From Candidatus Latescibacterota bacterium (GTDB lineage: Bacteria > Latescibacterota > UBA2968 > UBA8231), in contig CBDCDC010000001.1 of NCBI GenBank assembly GCA_965215195.1, forward strand, positions 736,001-800,000: 64,000 nucleotides of DNA. The letters are read 5' to 3'. The translations under genes were made by a program, and so were the position numbers. The notes beneath the pieces are model-generated. The model did no database searches and had not been told where the DNA came from. It saw nothing but the letters and a program-made list of their open reading frames with translations. How positions within the stretch are numbered: position 1 is the stretch's first letter; every line of letters starts with the position of its first letter. Below are positions 1-9,769 of this stretch, in pieces.

Positions 1-1057
1 CCTTGCGCCAGACGTTTTTGAGGTGGGGCCGCGCCGTCCACAGCCCGTAGAACACCAAGACGATGAGTGCGCCCATCATCTGATGCGCCATGATCGCGCC
101 CACCGGCCCAGAGCCGGTCCAAGGTCCCAGCTCTTCGGGGCTGAAGATGCCGATGTAACTGAAGATGCTTTCTTGTATTACGTGGAGCAGGTAGAAAAAC
201 CACAGGCTGAAGGCGATATTGGAGTTGATGAAGTAGGCAAAGCCGAACATCAGGAAGTTGATGCGGATGTTGAGCGAGGCCGTGCGGTTGAAAAGCTCAA
301 CGCTGGTCTGGAGGTTGAGGGAAGGGACGAAGTTGAAGTAGTGGTGCAGGGCGTTGGTGCTGTTGAGCAAGAAGGGCAGCAGCAAGCCGCACCACATGAT
401 GGGGTTGCGGAAAAAGGGTTTGAGGATTTTTTGCTCGCCGTCGCCGTCTTGTATCATGGCGAGGGGGACTTGGGCGAGCGGAAAAACGAGTCGCTCGTTG
501 TCAACCCATTGACGGCGCAAGATGGATATGGCTGCGATAATGGCTGCGTAAAACCCGGCGTAGAATGCAAACCAGCGCCCGAGGGGCTTAAGCCAGACCT
601 CATAGGGAATGGCCGAGCCCTTCGTGCCCTCGTAAAATGCCTTTACCGCGGCCGGGTCGTACACCACCATCCAATCCGAGAGAAACGGGTGGACTAAGTC
701 GGCCCATTGGTTTTCGGGAGTGGCGTAGTAGAAGGTGCCGGTGATCATGGGCAGCAGCATTCCCACCACGCCGCGCGTGGGGATGGCTGTGGCAACGGCC
801 ATCATGGCGAAGATGACGACCAGCTCGCCGCGCCGAAAACCCCAGCGTCCCAAGGCGATTTGGAGCGTCAGTAGCAGGACGAACAGCAGGAAGAAGGCCG
901 CTGGCGTGGCCGAACTCAGCCCGAGACGCGAGCCTTGCACGACCATGCTGCCGTAGGGAATGCCGACGGCAATGACCAAGCTCAGGGCGGCACCGACGAG
1001 GATGCTCCGGCCCGTAATGGCGGCCGGTGCATTATCAGATGGGGCGATGTCAGCCAT
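1..1057 (-). CDS. Polytopic membrane protein, DUF6785-like (runs off the left edge of the window)
   Basis: Manual minus-strand translation from ATG 1057: MADIAPSDNAPAAITGRSILVGAALSLVIAVGIPYGSMVVQGSRLGLSSATPAAFFLLF...GELVVIFAMMAVATAIP...YYATPENQW; hydrophobic; not in the ORF track because it is truncated. Confidence 0.65.
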   Translation of the reverse strand, partial: MADIAPSDNAPAAITGRSILVGAALSLVIAVGIPYGSMVVQGSRLGLSSATPAAFFLLFVLLLTLQIALGRWGFRRGELVVIFAMMAVATAIPTRGVVGMLLPMITGTFYYATPENQWADLVHPFLSDWMVVYDPAAVKAFYEGTKGSAIPYEVWLKPLGRWFAFYAGFYAAIIAAISILRRQWVDNERLVFPLAQVPLAMIQDGDGEQKILKPFFRNPIMWCGLLLPFLLNSTNALHHYFNFVPSLNLQTSVELFNRTASLNIRINFLMFGFAYFINSNIAFSLWFFYLLHVIQESIFSYIGIFSPEELGPWTGSGPVGAIMAHQMMGALIVLVFYGLWTARPHLKNVWRK

Positions 1058-1075
1058 GTCTTTTAACGAATAGTC

Positions 1076-1198
1076 TAAGTACGCGACAGTAGGGGCCTTA
1101 ACCTCGGATCGAGGGCATCTTGCCCTCGTCGAGGGCGTCCCGCCCTCGATCCCGGACTCATCGCCCATTGACGACAAGTTATTGGTGTCGTGTACTTA
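1076..1198. repeat. MITE/REP-like element, family A
   Basis: Ends TAAGTACGCGACA / TGTCGTGTACTTA (12/13 inverted match); internal GAGGGC-N5-6-GCCCTC hairpins; related copies at 23875, 39387 and 39567. Confidence 0.65.
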
Positions 1199-1212
1199 AC
1201 GAATAATTATTG

Positions 1213-2742
1213 ATGAACGCGACAAACAAAGCAAAAACGGCAAGCAGGGCAAAGGGGCGGGTCGTCTCCTTGGCGATTGGTTTGTCGCTCGTCGCGCTCT
1301 TTGAGGCGGCCTTGTGGCTGGTGGGCGTTGGCCCGGACGACGCTCTTTTTGCGGCCAGCGGCTCGTCCTACCGCATCAACCCGCAGGCTGCGCGGCGCTT
1401 CTTCCCCCGCCAGTACGTGCGCTTGGCCCCTGGCCAAGATCGCTTTGCCCGCGCCAAAGACGCACGTGCGTTTCGCGTGTTTGCGCTGGGGGCTTCAACC
1501 CTGCTCGGCTTCCCCAACCCGGCCTATACCTCGTTCCCCAACTTCTTGCAGCAGATGCTCGCCGATGCCTATCCAGCGCGCGCGATCGAGGTCGTCAACT
1601 GCGGCGTCACCGCCATCAATTCCTTTGTCTTGCGCGAATTTGTCGCGGACGTGGCCGAGCACGAGCCGGATCTGGTCGTGATCTACGCCGGCCACAACGA
1701 GTTCGTGGGGCCGTACGGGGCCGCGACCCCGTTTGCGCGCCTGAGCGGCCACTGGTCCTTCATACAGTTGCAGATGCTCTTGCAGCGGACCAAGACCTAC
1801 TACGTGCTCGAAAGCCTGCTGCACGCGCTGCGCCCGGCCGCATCCGCCGAGTCCTTTGGCGTCCACTTGGTGCAGCGCGAGATCTACTTGGGGGACAAAG
1901 CGCACCAGCAGACCGAGGCTCATTACCAGCGCAATATGGCCGAGATCGTCGAGGTGCTGAGCGAGCGCGAGGTGCCGGTCGCGCTCTGTACGCTGGTTTC
2001 CAATTTGGCCGGATTCTATCCTTTGCGCTCGCAGGGGCCGGTCCCGCCGGCGGACGCAGTGCTGGCGGATTATCCGCAGCACGCGGCCCTGCACTTTGCC
2101 GCGGGCTTGGCGCACCAAGCGGCCGGGGATTCCGCGCGGGCACTGGCCGCGTTTGTGCGCGCCCGCGATTTAGACGGCATTCACCTGCGGGCCTGCTCGC
2201 CCTTCAACCGCGCCATTCGCGCCTTGGCCGCTGAGTCGGGTGCGTTCTTGATCGACGTGGAGCGGGCGTTTGCCGCCCATGCGCCGGCTGGTTTGGTCGG
2301 CGACGCGCTCATCACCGAGTATTTGCACCCCACGGTCTGGGGCCACTACCTGATCGCGCAGACCATAATGACGGCCCTGTTTGCTCGGGAGGATGTGCTG
2401 GGTTTGACAGGGGGCCGCGCGGATGCTTTGGACGATTTTGCCGGCTATTGCGGCCGCTTGGGCTATGGAGTCCGCGAGCGCGTCCTAGCGCGCAACGACC
2501 TAATCCTGCTGCTCAAGAACATGCCGTACGCCGAGCGGCCGCCGATCTTAGAGCAGCGACTCGCGCACTTAGTCGGCGAGCAGCTAGCCGACCTGCCCAA
2601 GCTGAGTTACGCGCAGATTGCGGATTTTGCCCGTCGCGGCGGCGTTAATTTCCTAGCAGCCGTCATCGCCGACCTCGCCGACCCTCAGCCGCTAACGGAC
2701 GCGCTAGATGAGTTGGTTGGGCCGTTGGGGTTAGCTCCCTAG
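1213..2742 (+). CDS. SGNH/GDSL hydrolase-like protein with N-terminal TM anchor and TPR-like segment
   Basis: VFALGASTLLG (block I), EVVNCG (II), YAGHNE (III), EYLHPT (V). Confidence 0.7.
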   Translation: MNATNKAKTASRAKGRVVSLAIGLSLVALFEAALWLVGVGPDDALFAASGSSYRINPQAARRFFPRQYVRLAPGQDRFARAKDARAFRVFALGASTLLGFPNPAYTSFPNFLQQMLADAYPARAIEVVNCGVTAINSFVLREFVADVAEHEPDLVVIYAGHNEFVGPYGAATPFARLSGHWSFIQLQMLLQRTKTYYVLESLLHALRPAASAESFGVHLVQREIYLGDKAHQQTEAHYQRNMAEIVEVLSEREVPVALCTLVSNLAGFYPLRSQGPVPPADAVLADYPQHAALHFAAGLAHQAAGDSARALAAFVRARDLDGIHLRACSPFNRAIRALAAESGAFLIDVERAFAAHAPAGLVGDALITEYLHPTVWGHYLIAQTIMTALFAREDVLGLTGGRADALDDFAGYCGRLGYGVRERVLARNDLILLLKNMPYAERPPILEQRLAHLVGEQLADLPKLSYAQIADFARRGGVNFLAAVIADLADPQPLTDALDELVGPLGLAP

Positions 2743-2827
2743 TTGAGCAGGGCTTCGCCGTAGGCGAAGAGGAGCTTGACAACGCGCTAACACAAGGAAT
2801 TATTGCCATAGACTTGGGAGGTTTCCA

Positions 2828-3238
2828 ATGATAAAGAACGAAAGACAGTATCGGCTTACCAAAGCACAGGCAAACCGGTTTTCGCAGACCTTGCAAAGTC
2901 TCGGCGAGGCCGACGGAGTGCATCCGCTTCTTGTCAAGGCGCAGCGCGAGGCCCTAAGCAGCCAGATCGCCGACCTAGAAGAAGAGTTGCGCGAATATGA
3001 ATTTCTAAAGGCCGGCCTGTTTCAACCCGATCAGCTTAAGACCGTTGCCGAGCTGCCGACCCTTCTAATCAAGGCGCGGATCGCCCGAGGACTGAGCCAA
3101 AAAGAGCTGGCTGAACGCCTCGGACTCAAGGAGCAACAAATACAGCGGTACGAGGCCACGGACTATGCCTCGGCCCGGCTCGCTCGAATCAAGGAAGTCG
3201 TCGGGGCCTTGGGCATTGAGGAATGTTCTGGGATGTAA
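2828..3238 (+). CDS. XRE-family HTH regulator (antitoxin-like)
   Basis: LIKARIARGLSQKELAERLGLKEQQIQRYEATDY HTH; MIKNERQY N-terminus. Confidence 0.8.
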   Translation: MIKNERQYRLTKAQANRFSQTLQSLGEADGVHPLLVKAQREALSSQIADLEEELREYEFLKAGLFQPDQLKTVAELPTLLIKARIARGLSQKELAERLGLKEQQIQRYEATDYASARLARIKEVVGALGIEECSGM

Positions 3239-3252
3239 ATGAGGAGAGAGAC

Positions 3253-3381
3253 ATGGCAAATCCCCAACACCTAGAATGGCTAAAAGAAGGCGTTGAGGCA
3301 TGGAACAGAAGACGCGAGCGAGAAGATTTTCAGCTAGGCTATAAGGCCGACCTATTTATAATGAGCGAATGGTTGGTTTAG
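3253..3381 (+). pseudogene. N-terminal remnant of a pentapeptide-repeat protein
   Basis: RBS GAGGAG, then MANPQHLEWLKEGVEAWNRRR, a typical cap of pentapeptide-repeat proteins; stops after 42 codons with no repeats. Confidence 0.5.
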
Positions 3382-4214
3382 TACCCTTCCGTGAAGGCTA
3401 TCTGCCATTCACCGTCAGCTACGATATAAAAGAAGTACTCCTTGCCGGGTTTGATTTCGGTTTGATATTCCTCGACACGGAACTGGCCTTCTTCTTCAAA
3501 TAGAGTGCATTGGTGGGTTCCATCGGTACTGTAGGCGTAGGCGTAAAACCAGTCACGACCTCTGTGGTGGATGTTGGTAAGCACTGGTCTGGAACCGGAT
3601 TCACCGGGGCCTACGACATAGAGTCCTGCATCGCTGCTTTGAGCGAAGGTGTCATCCTCACCTACTAAGGGTAATGACTGTCCTATATTAGGCTGGATAA
3701 ATCTGCAACTCCACCTGTCCCTAGACGTTACTTGTATTATATATGTGCCCGGTGGAAGGGCATTTTCGTTGTTTTTATTGACTTGTGCGATGCTATATGT
3801 GTTAAGTTTCCCATTGTAATCGACAGGTGTCCATACGATAGGCTGGCTTTCAGCTTCATCAGATGCGGCTGCTCCCGCAAAAAGTCCGGCCCCTCCTCCT
3901 ATCAATGCTCCAGCTATTGTACCTACAACAGGTATAATACTACCTATGGCGGCTCCAGCGGCGGCTCCAGCGGCACCGCCGCCAATCGAAGAATCCGTGG
4001 TGGAATTTTCTCCTTGGATGAAATGTTCGGTAGAGACAAACTCTAGTCTAAAGTCGCCGTGGCCGTGATGTTCTATTGCTGCAATTACGACTCCTGGGGT
4101 CAAAGTGAATTCTTGGCTGACTTGAACCATGCCTTCTTGTATCTCACTATCTGTGAGGCCGGTGCCGTGCCAGTTTCCCTGATCGCCCCACAGGTTAAAC
4201 GGATATTCACTCAT
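3378..4214 (-). CDS. Hypothetical protein with glycine-zipper segment and beta-rich domains
   Basis: ORF from MSEYPF; GGGAAGAAAGAAIGSIIPVVGTIAGALIGGGAG zipper; lower GC than flanks. Confidence 0.65.
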   Translation of the reverse strand: MSEYPFNLWGDQGNWHGTGLTDSEIQEGMVQVSQEFTLTPGVVIAAIEHHGHGDFRLEFVSTEHFIQGENSTTDSSIGGGAAGAAAGAAIGSIIPVVGTIAGALIGGGAGLFAGAAASDEAESQPIVWTPVDYNGKLNTYSIAQVNKNNENALPPGTYIIQVTSRDRWSCRFIQPNIGQSLPLVGEDDTFAQSSDAGLYVVGPGESGSRPVLTNIHHRGRDWFYAYAYSTDGTHQCTLFEEEGQFRVEEYQTEIKPGKEYFFYIVADGEWQIAFTEGY

Positions 4215-4242
4215 TGTGGTAATCTCCTTGATTTGTTTGGGA

Positions 4243-5445
4243 TTAGGCTGCTGCAATTCGGTTTGCTTCCCACCGCATCAACGCCGATTTGCCGGTTTCG
4301 TAGGCGAATCTAGTGTGGCAGCGTGGGCTGCAAAAGTAAGTGCCCACCAAGTTGAGTGGATGGGGTAGGTCGTATGCACTTGATTCGCTTGCTTCCAAGA
4401 TGCGTTTGAGAGCGTTGAAGCCATATAGGGCGAGTCCTATGGGCATCAAAATTGGGGCGAGAGTGGCGATGATAGGGCCGGCACCCGCACCAACTGCGAT
4501 GGTCACGCCGACGCCGACTATTGCAGCAGATCCTGCATGTATGGCTATGGACTTCGCAGCGTCCTTGACGGCTTGTTCCCCGGTCTTATGGCCCTTCTGG
4601 TAGTGGATGTAGTTCTCTATGCTGGCGACAGGGGCTTCCAGTAATCCGGCTAATAGTCCTGATGTCGCGGCGGCCGTGGCGCATTCTCGCATTACGATTG
4701 TCGATGCGTCGAAGGCATTGTTAGCTTGGGCTGTAAACTGCTCCCAGCCATTCATGTCAGCATTGCCGCGAGCACGGTTGATACTGGCGTTTTCCCACAG
4801 GATGTTGCCGGTGTCAGTGGCTAGGTGGGGAGCGTTTTCTACAGAACGGATATGGCTGGCGTCCTTGCCTTGAAGGAACTGATCTACGGTGTTTTCGCCG
4901 TAGTTGCGGACGAACGAGGGCACCGATTCCTGATACAGAGCCTGAGCTTCGACAGCGGATCTGGTTCCATGTTCCGGGCGCAAGCCAGCATCCTGAAACT
5001 TCCTTTGCAGGCTGTCGGTGAGATTAGCGAAGGAGCCATCGGGTATGCCGCGTATGATAGTACCAGCTGAGGCCGCAGCGGCTAGGCCGGCAACGTCGGA
5101 TTTGGCCAGTATCCCGCTGTGGCTGTCCTCAGTCTGATTCGGCCAATCATAGTAAATTTCCACTCCAGCTTTTTCACCCGCTCCAATCCGCCGGCCGCAG
5201 CGGGCGCAGGGCAGGCTGCGCGGCGTGTTGCCGATATTTCTGCCGGAATCGAGATGGCGAACGTAGCAGGCGTGTTTGCCGTGCCGCCAGCATTCGGGGC
5301 AGCCGATGCAGTAGTTTTTGAAATCGCTGCGGCTGACGCCGGCCGGAGTTTCCTCGGGCAACTCGGACAGGCACAACCGGCCGGGGTGAATGGTGTGCCG
5401 GCATTCCGTACAGCGCAGGCCGGGTTCGGCAATCATGGGCCACAT
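4243..5445 (-). CDS. Cys-rich zinc-binding protein with possible HNH-like core and hydrophobic C-terminal helices
   Basis: CTEC, CIGCPEC, CARCG, YFCSPRC motifs; DASHIRSVENAPHLATDTGNILWENASINRARG. Confidence 0.6.
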   Translation of the reverse strand: MWPMIAEPGLRCTECRHTIHPGRLCLSELPEETPAGVSRSDFKNYCIGCPECWRHGKHACYVRHLDSGRNIGNTPRSLPCARCGRRIGAGEKAGVEIYYDWPNQTEDSHSGILAKSDVAGLAAAASAGTIIRGIPDGSFANLTDSLQRKFQDAGLRPEHGTRSAVEAQALYQESVPSFVRNYGENTVDQFLQGKDASHIRSVENAPHLATDTGNILWENASINRARGNADMNGWEQFTAQANNAFDASTIVMRECATAAATSGLLAGLLEAPVASIENYIHYQKGHKTGEQAVKDAAKSIAIHAGSAAIVGVGVTIAVGAGAGPIIATLAPILMPIGLALYGFNALKRILEASESSAYDLPHPLNLVGTYFCSPRCHTRFAYETGKSALMRWEANRIAAA

Positions 5446-5567
5446 GGGGATCCTCGTTGGAGATGAGTGGGTTTTGCGCCGCCAAAGTAGAAAATCCGCC
5501 CGTATACGTCAAACATCTAAAGCGGATTCAAGCGTTTTCGTTTATTCCTCGTCAGCACGGCCCAATG

Positions 5568-6578
5568 CTATCCCACCAATTCCTCCCCGTAGGCGAATAG
5601 AAGCGGCGTTCCGCCGGTGTGGACGAAGACGATGTTGGCGCTGTCGCGGAAACGCCCTTGGCGCACCTGATCAATTAGGCAGGCCAATCCCTTGCCCGAA
5701 TAGGTGGGATCGACGAAGATGCCCTCGCTTTGGGCGAGGAGGCGGATGCTGTCGAGCGTGGCGCGGTCCAAATGGCCGAAGCCCGGGCCGACGTACTCGT
5801 CGGTCACGACGATGCGTTGCGGGTCGGGCGCGCATTCGAGGCCGAGGTGGGCTGCAGCTTCCACAGCGGCTTGCGCGATGCGCTCAGACACTCCTTCGCG
5901 CTGGCTCAGCTTGCTCTGGGGGGTGCCGAGGAAGCGGGCCGAGCGCCCCAAGAGGGAAAAGCCGGCTACCAGCCCGGCTAAGCTGGTCCCCCCTGACCCG
6001 ACTACCACGTCGTCGGCTTGGACGCCGGCGGCGCACAGTTGGGTTTCGATTTCCAATGCACATTGGATGTAGGCGATGCGCGACAACAGCCCGGACAGGC
6101 CGGTGAAAGGCTTGTATCCTTCTGCTTTGAGTCGCTCAGTTTCCTCGGCTATGGCTGCGCCAATGCGCTCGGGCCGGGCAAAGCGAATGCGCACCCCGCA
6201 TAGCTGGTCTAAAAGGTAGTTGCCTTGGGCCGGCGACTTGCGCCCCATGATGGAATCGTCCTCGCGCAGGACGACGACGCCCTTGAGGCCGAGCTGGGCG
6301 CAGGCCGCGGCGAATTGGCGGCAGTGATTGGACTGGACGACCGCGCTCAGCACGGCCGCATCGCACCCTTGGGCCGTGGCCTCGGCGAGGGTGAATTCGA
6401 GGTAGCGGGACTTGTTGCCGCCAAAGGCGAGGCCGGTCAGATCGTCGCGCTTGATCCATATTTGTGGCCCCCCGAGCGCGGCCGACAGCCGCGGACAGTG
6501 CTGTAAGGGCGTTGGCAAATGCGTCAGGCAATGGCGGGGCAGCGCGTCAATGGCGCGTTGGACTGCTTGGAGGTCCAT
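5568..6578 (-). CDS. D-cysteine desulfhydrase / ACC deaminase family PLP enzyme
   Basis: PTPLQ, IWIKRDDLTGLAFGGNKSRYLE, QSNHCR, DPTYSGK, FVHTGG; start at MDLQ (6578). Confidence 0.85.
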   Translation of the reverse strand: MDLQAVQRAIDALPRHCLTHLPTPLQHCPRLSAALGGPQIWIKRDDLTGLAFGGNKSRYLEFTLAEATAQGCDAAVLSAVVQSNHCRQFAAACAQLGLKGVVVLREDDSIMGRKSPAQGNYLLDQLCGVRIRFARPERIGAAIAEETERLKAEGYKPFTGLSGLLSRIAYIQCALEIETQLCAAGVQADDVVVGSGGTSLAGLVAGFSLLGRSARFLGTPQSKLSQREGVSERIAQAAVEAAAHLGLECAPDPQRIVVTDEYVGPGFGHLDRATLDSIRLLAQSEGIFVDPTYSGKGLACLIDQVRQGRFRDSANIVFVHTGGTPLLFAYGEELVG

Positions 6579-6599
6579 GGTTGTTCCTTGGCTACAGCG

Positions 6600-6704
6600 T
6601 TGCGAGTTGCGAGTTGCGAGTTGCGAGTTGCGAGTTGCGAGTTGCGAGTTGCGAATTACGAGTTGCGAGTTGCGAATTACGAGTTGCGAAGTGCGAGTTG
6701 CGAA
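6600..6704. repeat. Heptamer tandem repeat (TTGCGAG)x15 with variants
   Basis: 7 perfect units, then TTGCGAA/TTACGAG/GTGCGAG variants; 21 bp upstream of the 6578 start. Confidence 0.95.
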
Positions 6705-6773
6705 ATGGTTTTCCCGACGTGCGGGACCCAAATAGGCCGTTCTGGATGCCTGCGCAAGCAGGCATGACCCTAA

Positions 6774-6935
6774 GAAGCGGTCTGAAATTCCGGGTCCCGT
6801 GTGTGCAGAAAACAATCTAGGAGCGAGGGCGTCTCGCCCTCGATAACCGCTCCCTCCGAGGGCCCCTTGACCGCTGCTCAACGCGGTCCGCCGAGGGCTT
6901 GTCGCGCCTAAAGGCGCGGTGAAGCAGACCGCTTC
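6774..6935. mobile_element. MITE with 11-bp TIR and TAA target duplication
   Basis: GAAGCGGTCTG ... CAGACCGCTTC, flanked by TAA on both sides; contains GAGGGC/GCCCTC and CGCGCCTAAAGGCGCG palindromes. Confidence 0.6.
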
Positions 6936-6995
6936 TAAGACGCGCCTGTCTCAACGCTGCAAAAATAAAAATGGGATAACGCTCTGTGCTTGTCC

Positions 6996-8168
6996 CTATT
7001 TCCACAGATGGCGGTGCGTACCGATCCATTCGAGGTGGGCGCGGCGGATGAGTCCGTAGTTGTAGAAGGCGTACCCATCGACGCCCGCTTGGCCGAGCGC
7101 GGTCAGGTGCGCACCGAGCGCATCGCCATCGGCGAATCCCGTAGGGTTGACGATGGCGCTCAGGCCGGTATCGGCCGGGAATTGGCCGCGCAGAGCGCGG
7201 ACGCTAGCGGCTAGCGCGTCCGGCTCGCCGCCCACGCCGGCGTTGACCATGTACGCGTTGCGGAGGACGCGATCCGAATCAAGCCCGTTGACGGCCCGGT
7301 CGCGGCCTCCGAAGAACGAGGCGCGCGCACCGGCTTGACCTGCAATGGCAACGGTTTCCTCCACCAGCGAAGTCGCCGTTTCGACGCGGGCGTCGAGAAA
7401 GGTCTGCAAGCGGCCGGAAAAGGCGGCGGCGAGGCATTCGGCGCTCGGGGGCTGCATGTCTGCCGGGGCAGGCTCAGAGGCGAGTTCGCGGGCGAGGAAC
7501 TCGGCCACATCGGCGCGAAAGTACTCCCCGTCCAAACCGAGGGCCCCGGCCCGCTGCAAGCAGTGCCGACAGTAGCACAGCCCCATCAACAGCTCGCAAA
7601 AGGGCGTGATTTTTACGCCGACCTTGGGATTGCGGAACCCGTAGCTGAAGTGCAGGTAGCCCAGCGATTCGAGGTGGAACTCGTCCGGCTGGAACTGGGC
7701 GGCTATATCGCGGCAGAGTGCGCGAGCGTAGTCGCGGACTAGGGGGCTGGCCGGGCATAGCTGGGCGAAGTTGCCGTGCCCAAAGGGATCGCGTTTGGCC
7801 GCATCTGGATAGCGCTGGGGCAGGTAGTGGTTGTAGTTGAAGACCAGCCAACTCGTCAGGTCGAGGCCGCGCTTCCTGATTTTATCCGCGATCCGGCGCA
7901 TGTAATCCGGGCCATCAACGACGTTGCTGATCAGGGGTGAGATTGGGCTCTCGTCGTAAAAGGCGGCGGATGGCTCAAAGTAGATCGCGCCTTCTTCTCC
8001 CCAGTAGAGGGGCCGCCGGGGATTGTGCGGCAAAAAATACGTCGATACGTGGTAGCTCTGGGCCAAGCTGACGCTGTTGAGGCCGGCTGTGTGGGCGATG
8101 GTGTCTAGGGCCGAGTCAATGCCCTCGTCCGTCAAGTCCCAAGGGTACGTGTATATGGTCGCTCGCAT
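6996..8168 (-). CDS. Hypothetical glycoside-hydrolase-like TIM-barrel protein
   Basis: MRATIYTYPWDL..., LCPASP.VRDY, FHLES, CYCRHC, GYAFYNYGL; TGATG coupling to the upstream ATPase. Confidence 0.6.
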   Translation of the reverse strand: MRATIYTYPWDLTDEGIDSALDTIAHTAGLNSVSLAQSYHVSTYFLPHNPRRPLYWGEEGAIYFEPSAAFYDESPISPLISNVVDGPDYMRRIADKIRKRGLDLTSWLVFNYNHYLPQRYPDAAKRDPFGHGNFAQLCPASPLVRDYARALCRDIAAQFQPDEFHLESLGYLHFSYGFRNPKVGVKITPFCELLMGLCYCRHCLQRAGALGLDGEYFRADVAEFLARELASEPAPADMQPPSAECLAAAFSGRLQTFLDARVETATSLVEETVAIAGQAGARASFFGGRDRAVNGLDSDRVLRNAYMVNAGVGGEPDALAASVRALRGQFPADTGLSAIVNPTGFADGDALGAHLTALGQAGVDGYAFYNYGLIRRAHLEWIGTHRHLWK

Positions 8169-9769
8169 CACATTCCCCACACCGCGACCGGTGCGCCGCC
8201 TTCGGTTTCCTCGCGGCGATACACCTTGTCGTCCCACGACTTGCCCTCGGTGCGGTCAAAGAGCACGAGGTGCCCTTCCGCTGCCGCGCAGCAGTCCATG
8301 TAGGCCCGCGTCTGCTCGAGCCCTTCGCGCAGGGTCCGCTCAAAGCCCCGATACAGCACCTTGCACTCGATGACCACCTTCTGCGTCCTGCCGGTATCCC
8401 CGCCCACCGGCCACACCAGCAGCAAATCCGTGCGCTGGCGACCCAAGCCGTACTCGCGCTCGATGCGCCCGCCGCTGTTGACGATGCGCTGCAAAAACGC
8501 CTGTAGCAGCAACTGCGGACCGGCCTCCTTGTACTGGAAGCGCTCCACCCAGTGCTCGGAGTGCTCGCGGAAGAACTCTTGGAACGCGGCCAGCAGCTTG
8601 CCCACCTGTAGGGTGCCGACGGCATCGACGTACCAGGCCGGGTCGTGATGAATCGACATTTGCTGGGTCGTCCAAGTGAGGTCGCGTGGGATCACCTCGC
8701 GGTAGATCGGGTTGGCGATGGCGACGGGGCCGTCCTGTGCCAACAGGCCCAAGTCGCGCACGTATTGCAGGTCATCGGGGGCAAGCGAGCCGGCGTCGGT
8801 GCCGCTCAGCAGCGGTTCGATCACCCTTCGCACCCGTTCCTCTTGGAGCTTGTCGGTGAGTTGATCGAGGTGGGTCTCGCGGCGCAGGATCAACTGCTCG
8901 CGGGCGTCTTGGATGGCGTCGGCAGTCACGGCCCGGCCGCGGTCGCGCCCGGCCTTGTTCTTGAAGCAGGCTTCGTAGGCGAGGGCGTTGACCAGCCATG
9001 GCTGGCCTTGGGTCAGCTCCCATATCGCGGTACGCGCCTCCTCGGCGAAGGCTTGGCCGGTCTCTGCGGTGTGCTGCCCCAGCAGCGATTTGACATCGTC
9101 GAGGGAGAAATCCCCCAAGCGCAGCGACTCGGCGCGGATGTTGAAGGCGCTGCCGCCGGCGATGATGGCGTTTTCGGCCGACGACCGAATGCGGTAATCG
9201 CGCACGTCGCGCACCCCACACAGGATAACGCTCTGGGGGAAGCGGCGCGGGCGGTCTGGGTAGCCGGCGCGCAATTGCCGCAGCACCGCCAGCAGGCTGT
9301 CGCCGATTAGTGCGTCGATCTCGTCGATCATGAGCACTAGTGGCTTGGCGTCCGACTCGGCCCAGCGAGCAAGGGTCTCCCCGAGCGCGTCGTTGGGGCC
9401 AGCGTCGTCGAGGATACCGGGCCAGATGTCAGCGACGAACAAGTCATCGAGCGCGTGGCGCGCCCCGCGAGCCAGCGCACTGAGAATCGCCCGCATGGCC
9501 GCGGCCACATCCTCCCGCGCCGACTGGCCTACCTCGACGTTGACATAGGCGCAACGGAACTCGCCGCTGGCGTTGAGCTCGTCTCTTAGTGCCAACAGAG
9601 CGGAGGTCTTGCCGGTCTGGCGCGGCGCGTGCAGGACGAAGTACTTTTCCTGCCGGATGAGCTGTAGGAGATCGTCGGCGTCGATCCGCGCTAGGGGAGG
9701 GATGTGGTAGTGCATCTCCGTCTTGATGGGACCGGCGGTGTTGAAGAAACGCATGGTTGTTGTCGTCAT
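8168..9769 (-). CDS. AAA ATPase (AAA_35-like) with C-terminal PD-(D/E)XK-like domain
   Basis: FFNTAGP, APRQTGKTS (Walker A), LMIDEIDAL (Walker B), REYGLGRQRTDLLL...VIECK. Confidence 0.85.
   Translation of the reverse strand: MTTTTMRFFNTAGPIKTEMHYHIPPLARIDADDLLQLIRQEKYFVLHAPRQTGKTSALLALRDELNASGEFRCAYVNVEVGQSAREDVAAAMRAILSALARGARHALDDLFVADIWPGILDDAGPNDALGETLARWAESDAKPLVLMIDEIDALIGDSLLAVLRQLRAGYPDRPRRFPQSVILCGVRDVRDYRIRSSAENAIIAGGSAFNIRAESLRLGDFSLDDVKSLLGQHTAETGQAFAEEARTAIWELTQGQPWLVNALAYEACFKNKAGRDRGRAVTADAIQDAREQLILRRETHLDQLTDKLQEERVRRVIEPLLSGTDAGSLAPDDLQYVRDLGLLAQDGPVAIANPIYREVIPRDLTWTTQQMSIHHDPAWYVDAVGTLQVGKLLAAFQEFFREHSEHWVERFQYKEAGPQLLLQAFLQRIVNSGGRIEREYGLGRQRTDLLLVWPVGGDTGRTQKVVIECKVLYRGFERTLREGLEQTRAYMDCCAAAEGHLVLFDRTEGKSWDDKVYRREETEGGAPVAVWGM

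Noticed and set aside
23-956. Plus-strand ORFs of 224 aa and 73 aa
   Set aside because: Antisense shadows of the minus-strand membrane protein gene starting at 1057.
6600-6704. Possible CRISPR array or coding repeat (ATRNSQL extension of the desulfhydrase)
   Set aside because: No spacers and only a 7-bp unit; homology and an RBS support the start at 6578. No cas genes or repeat-spacer array seen in the window.
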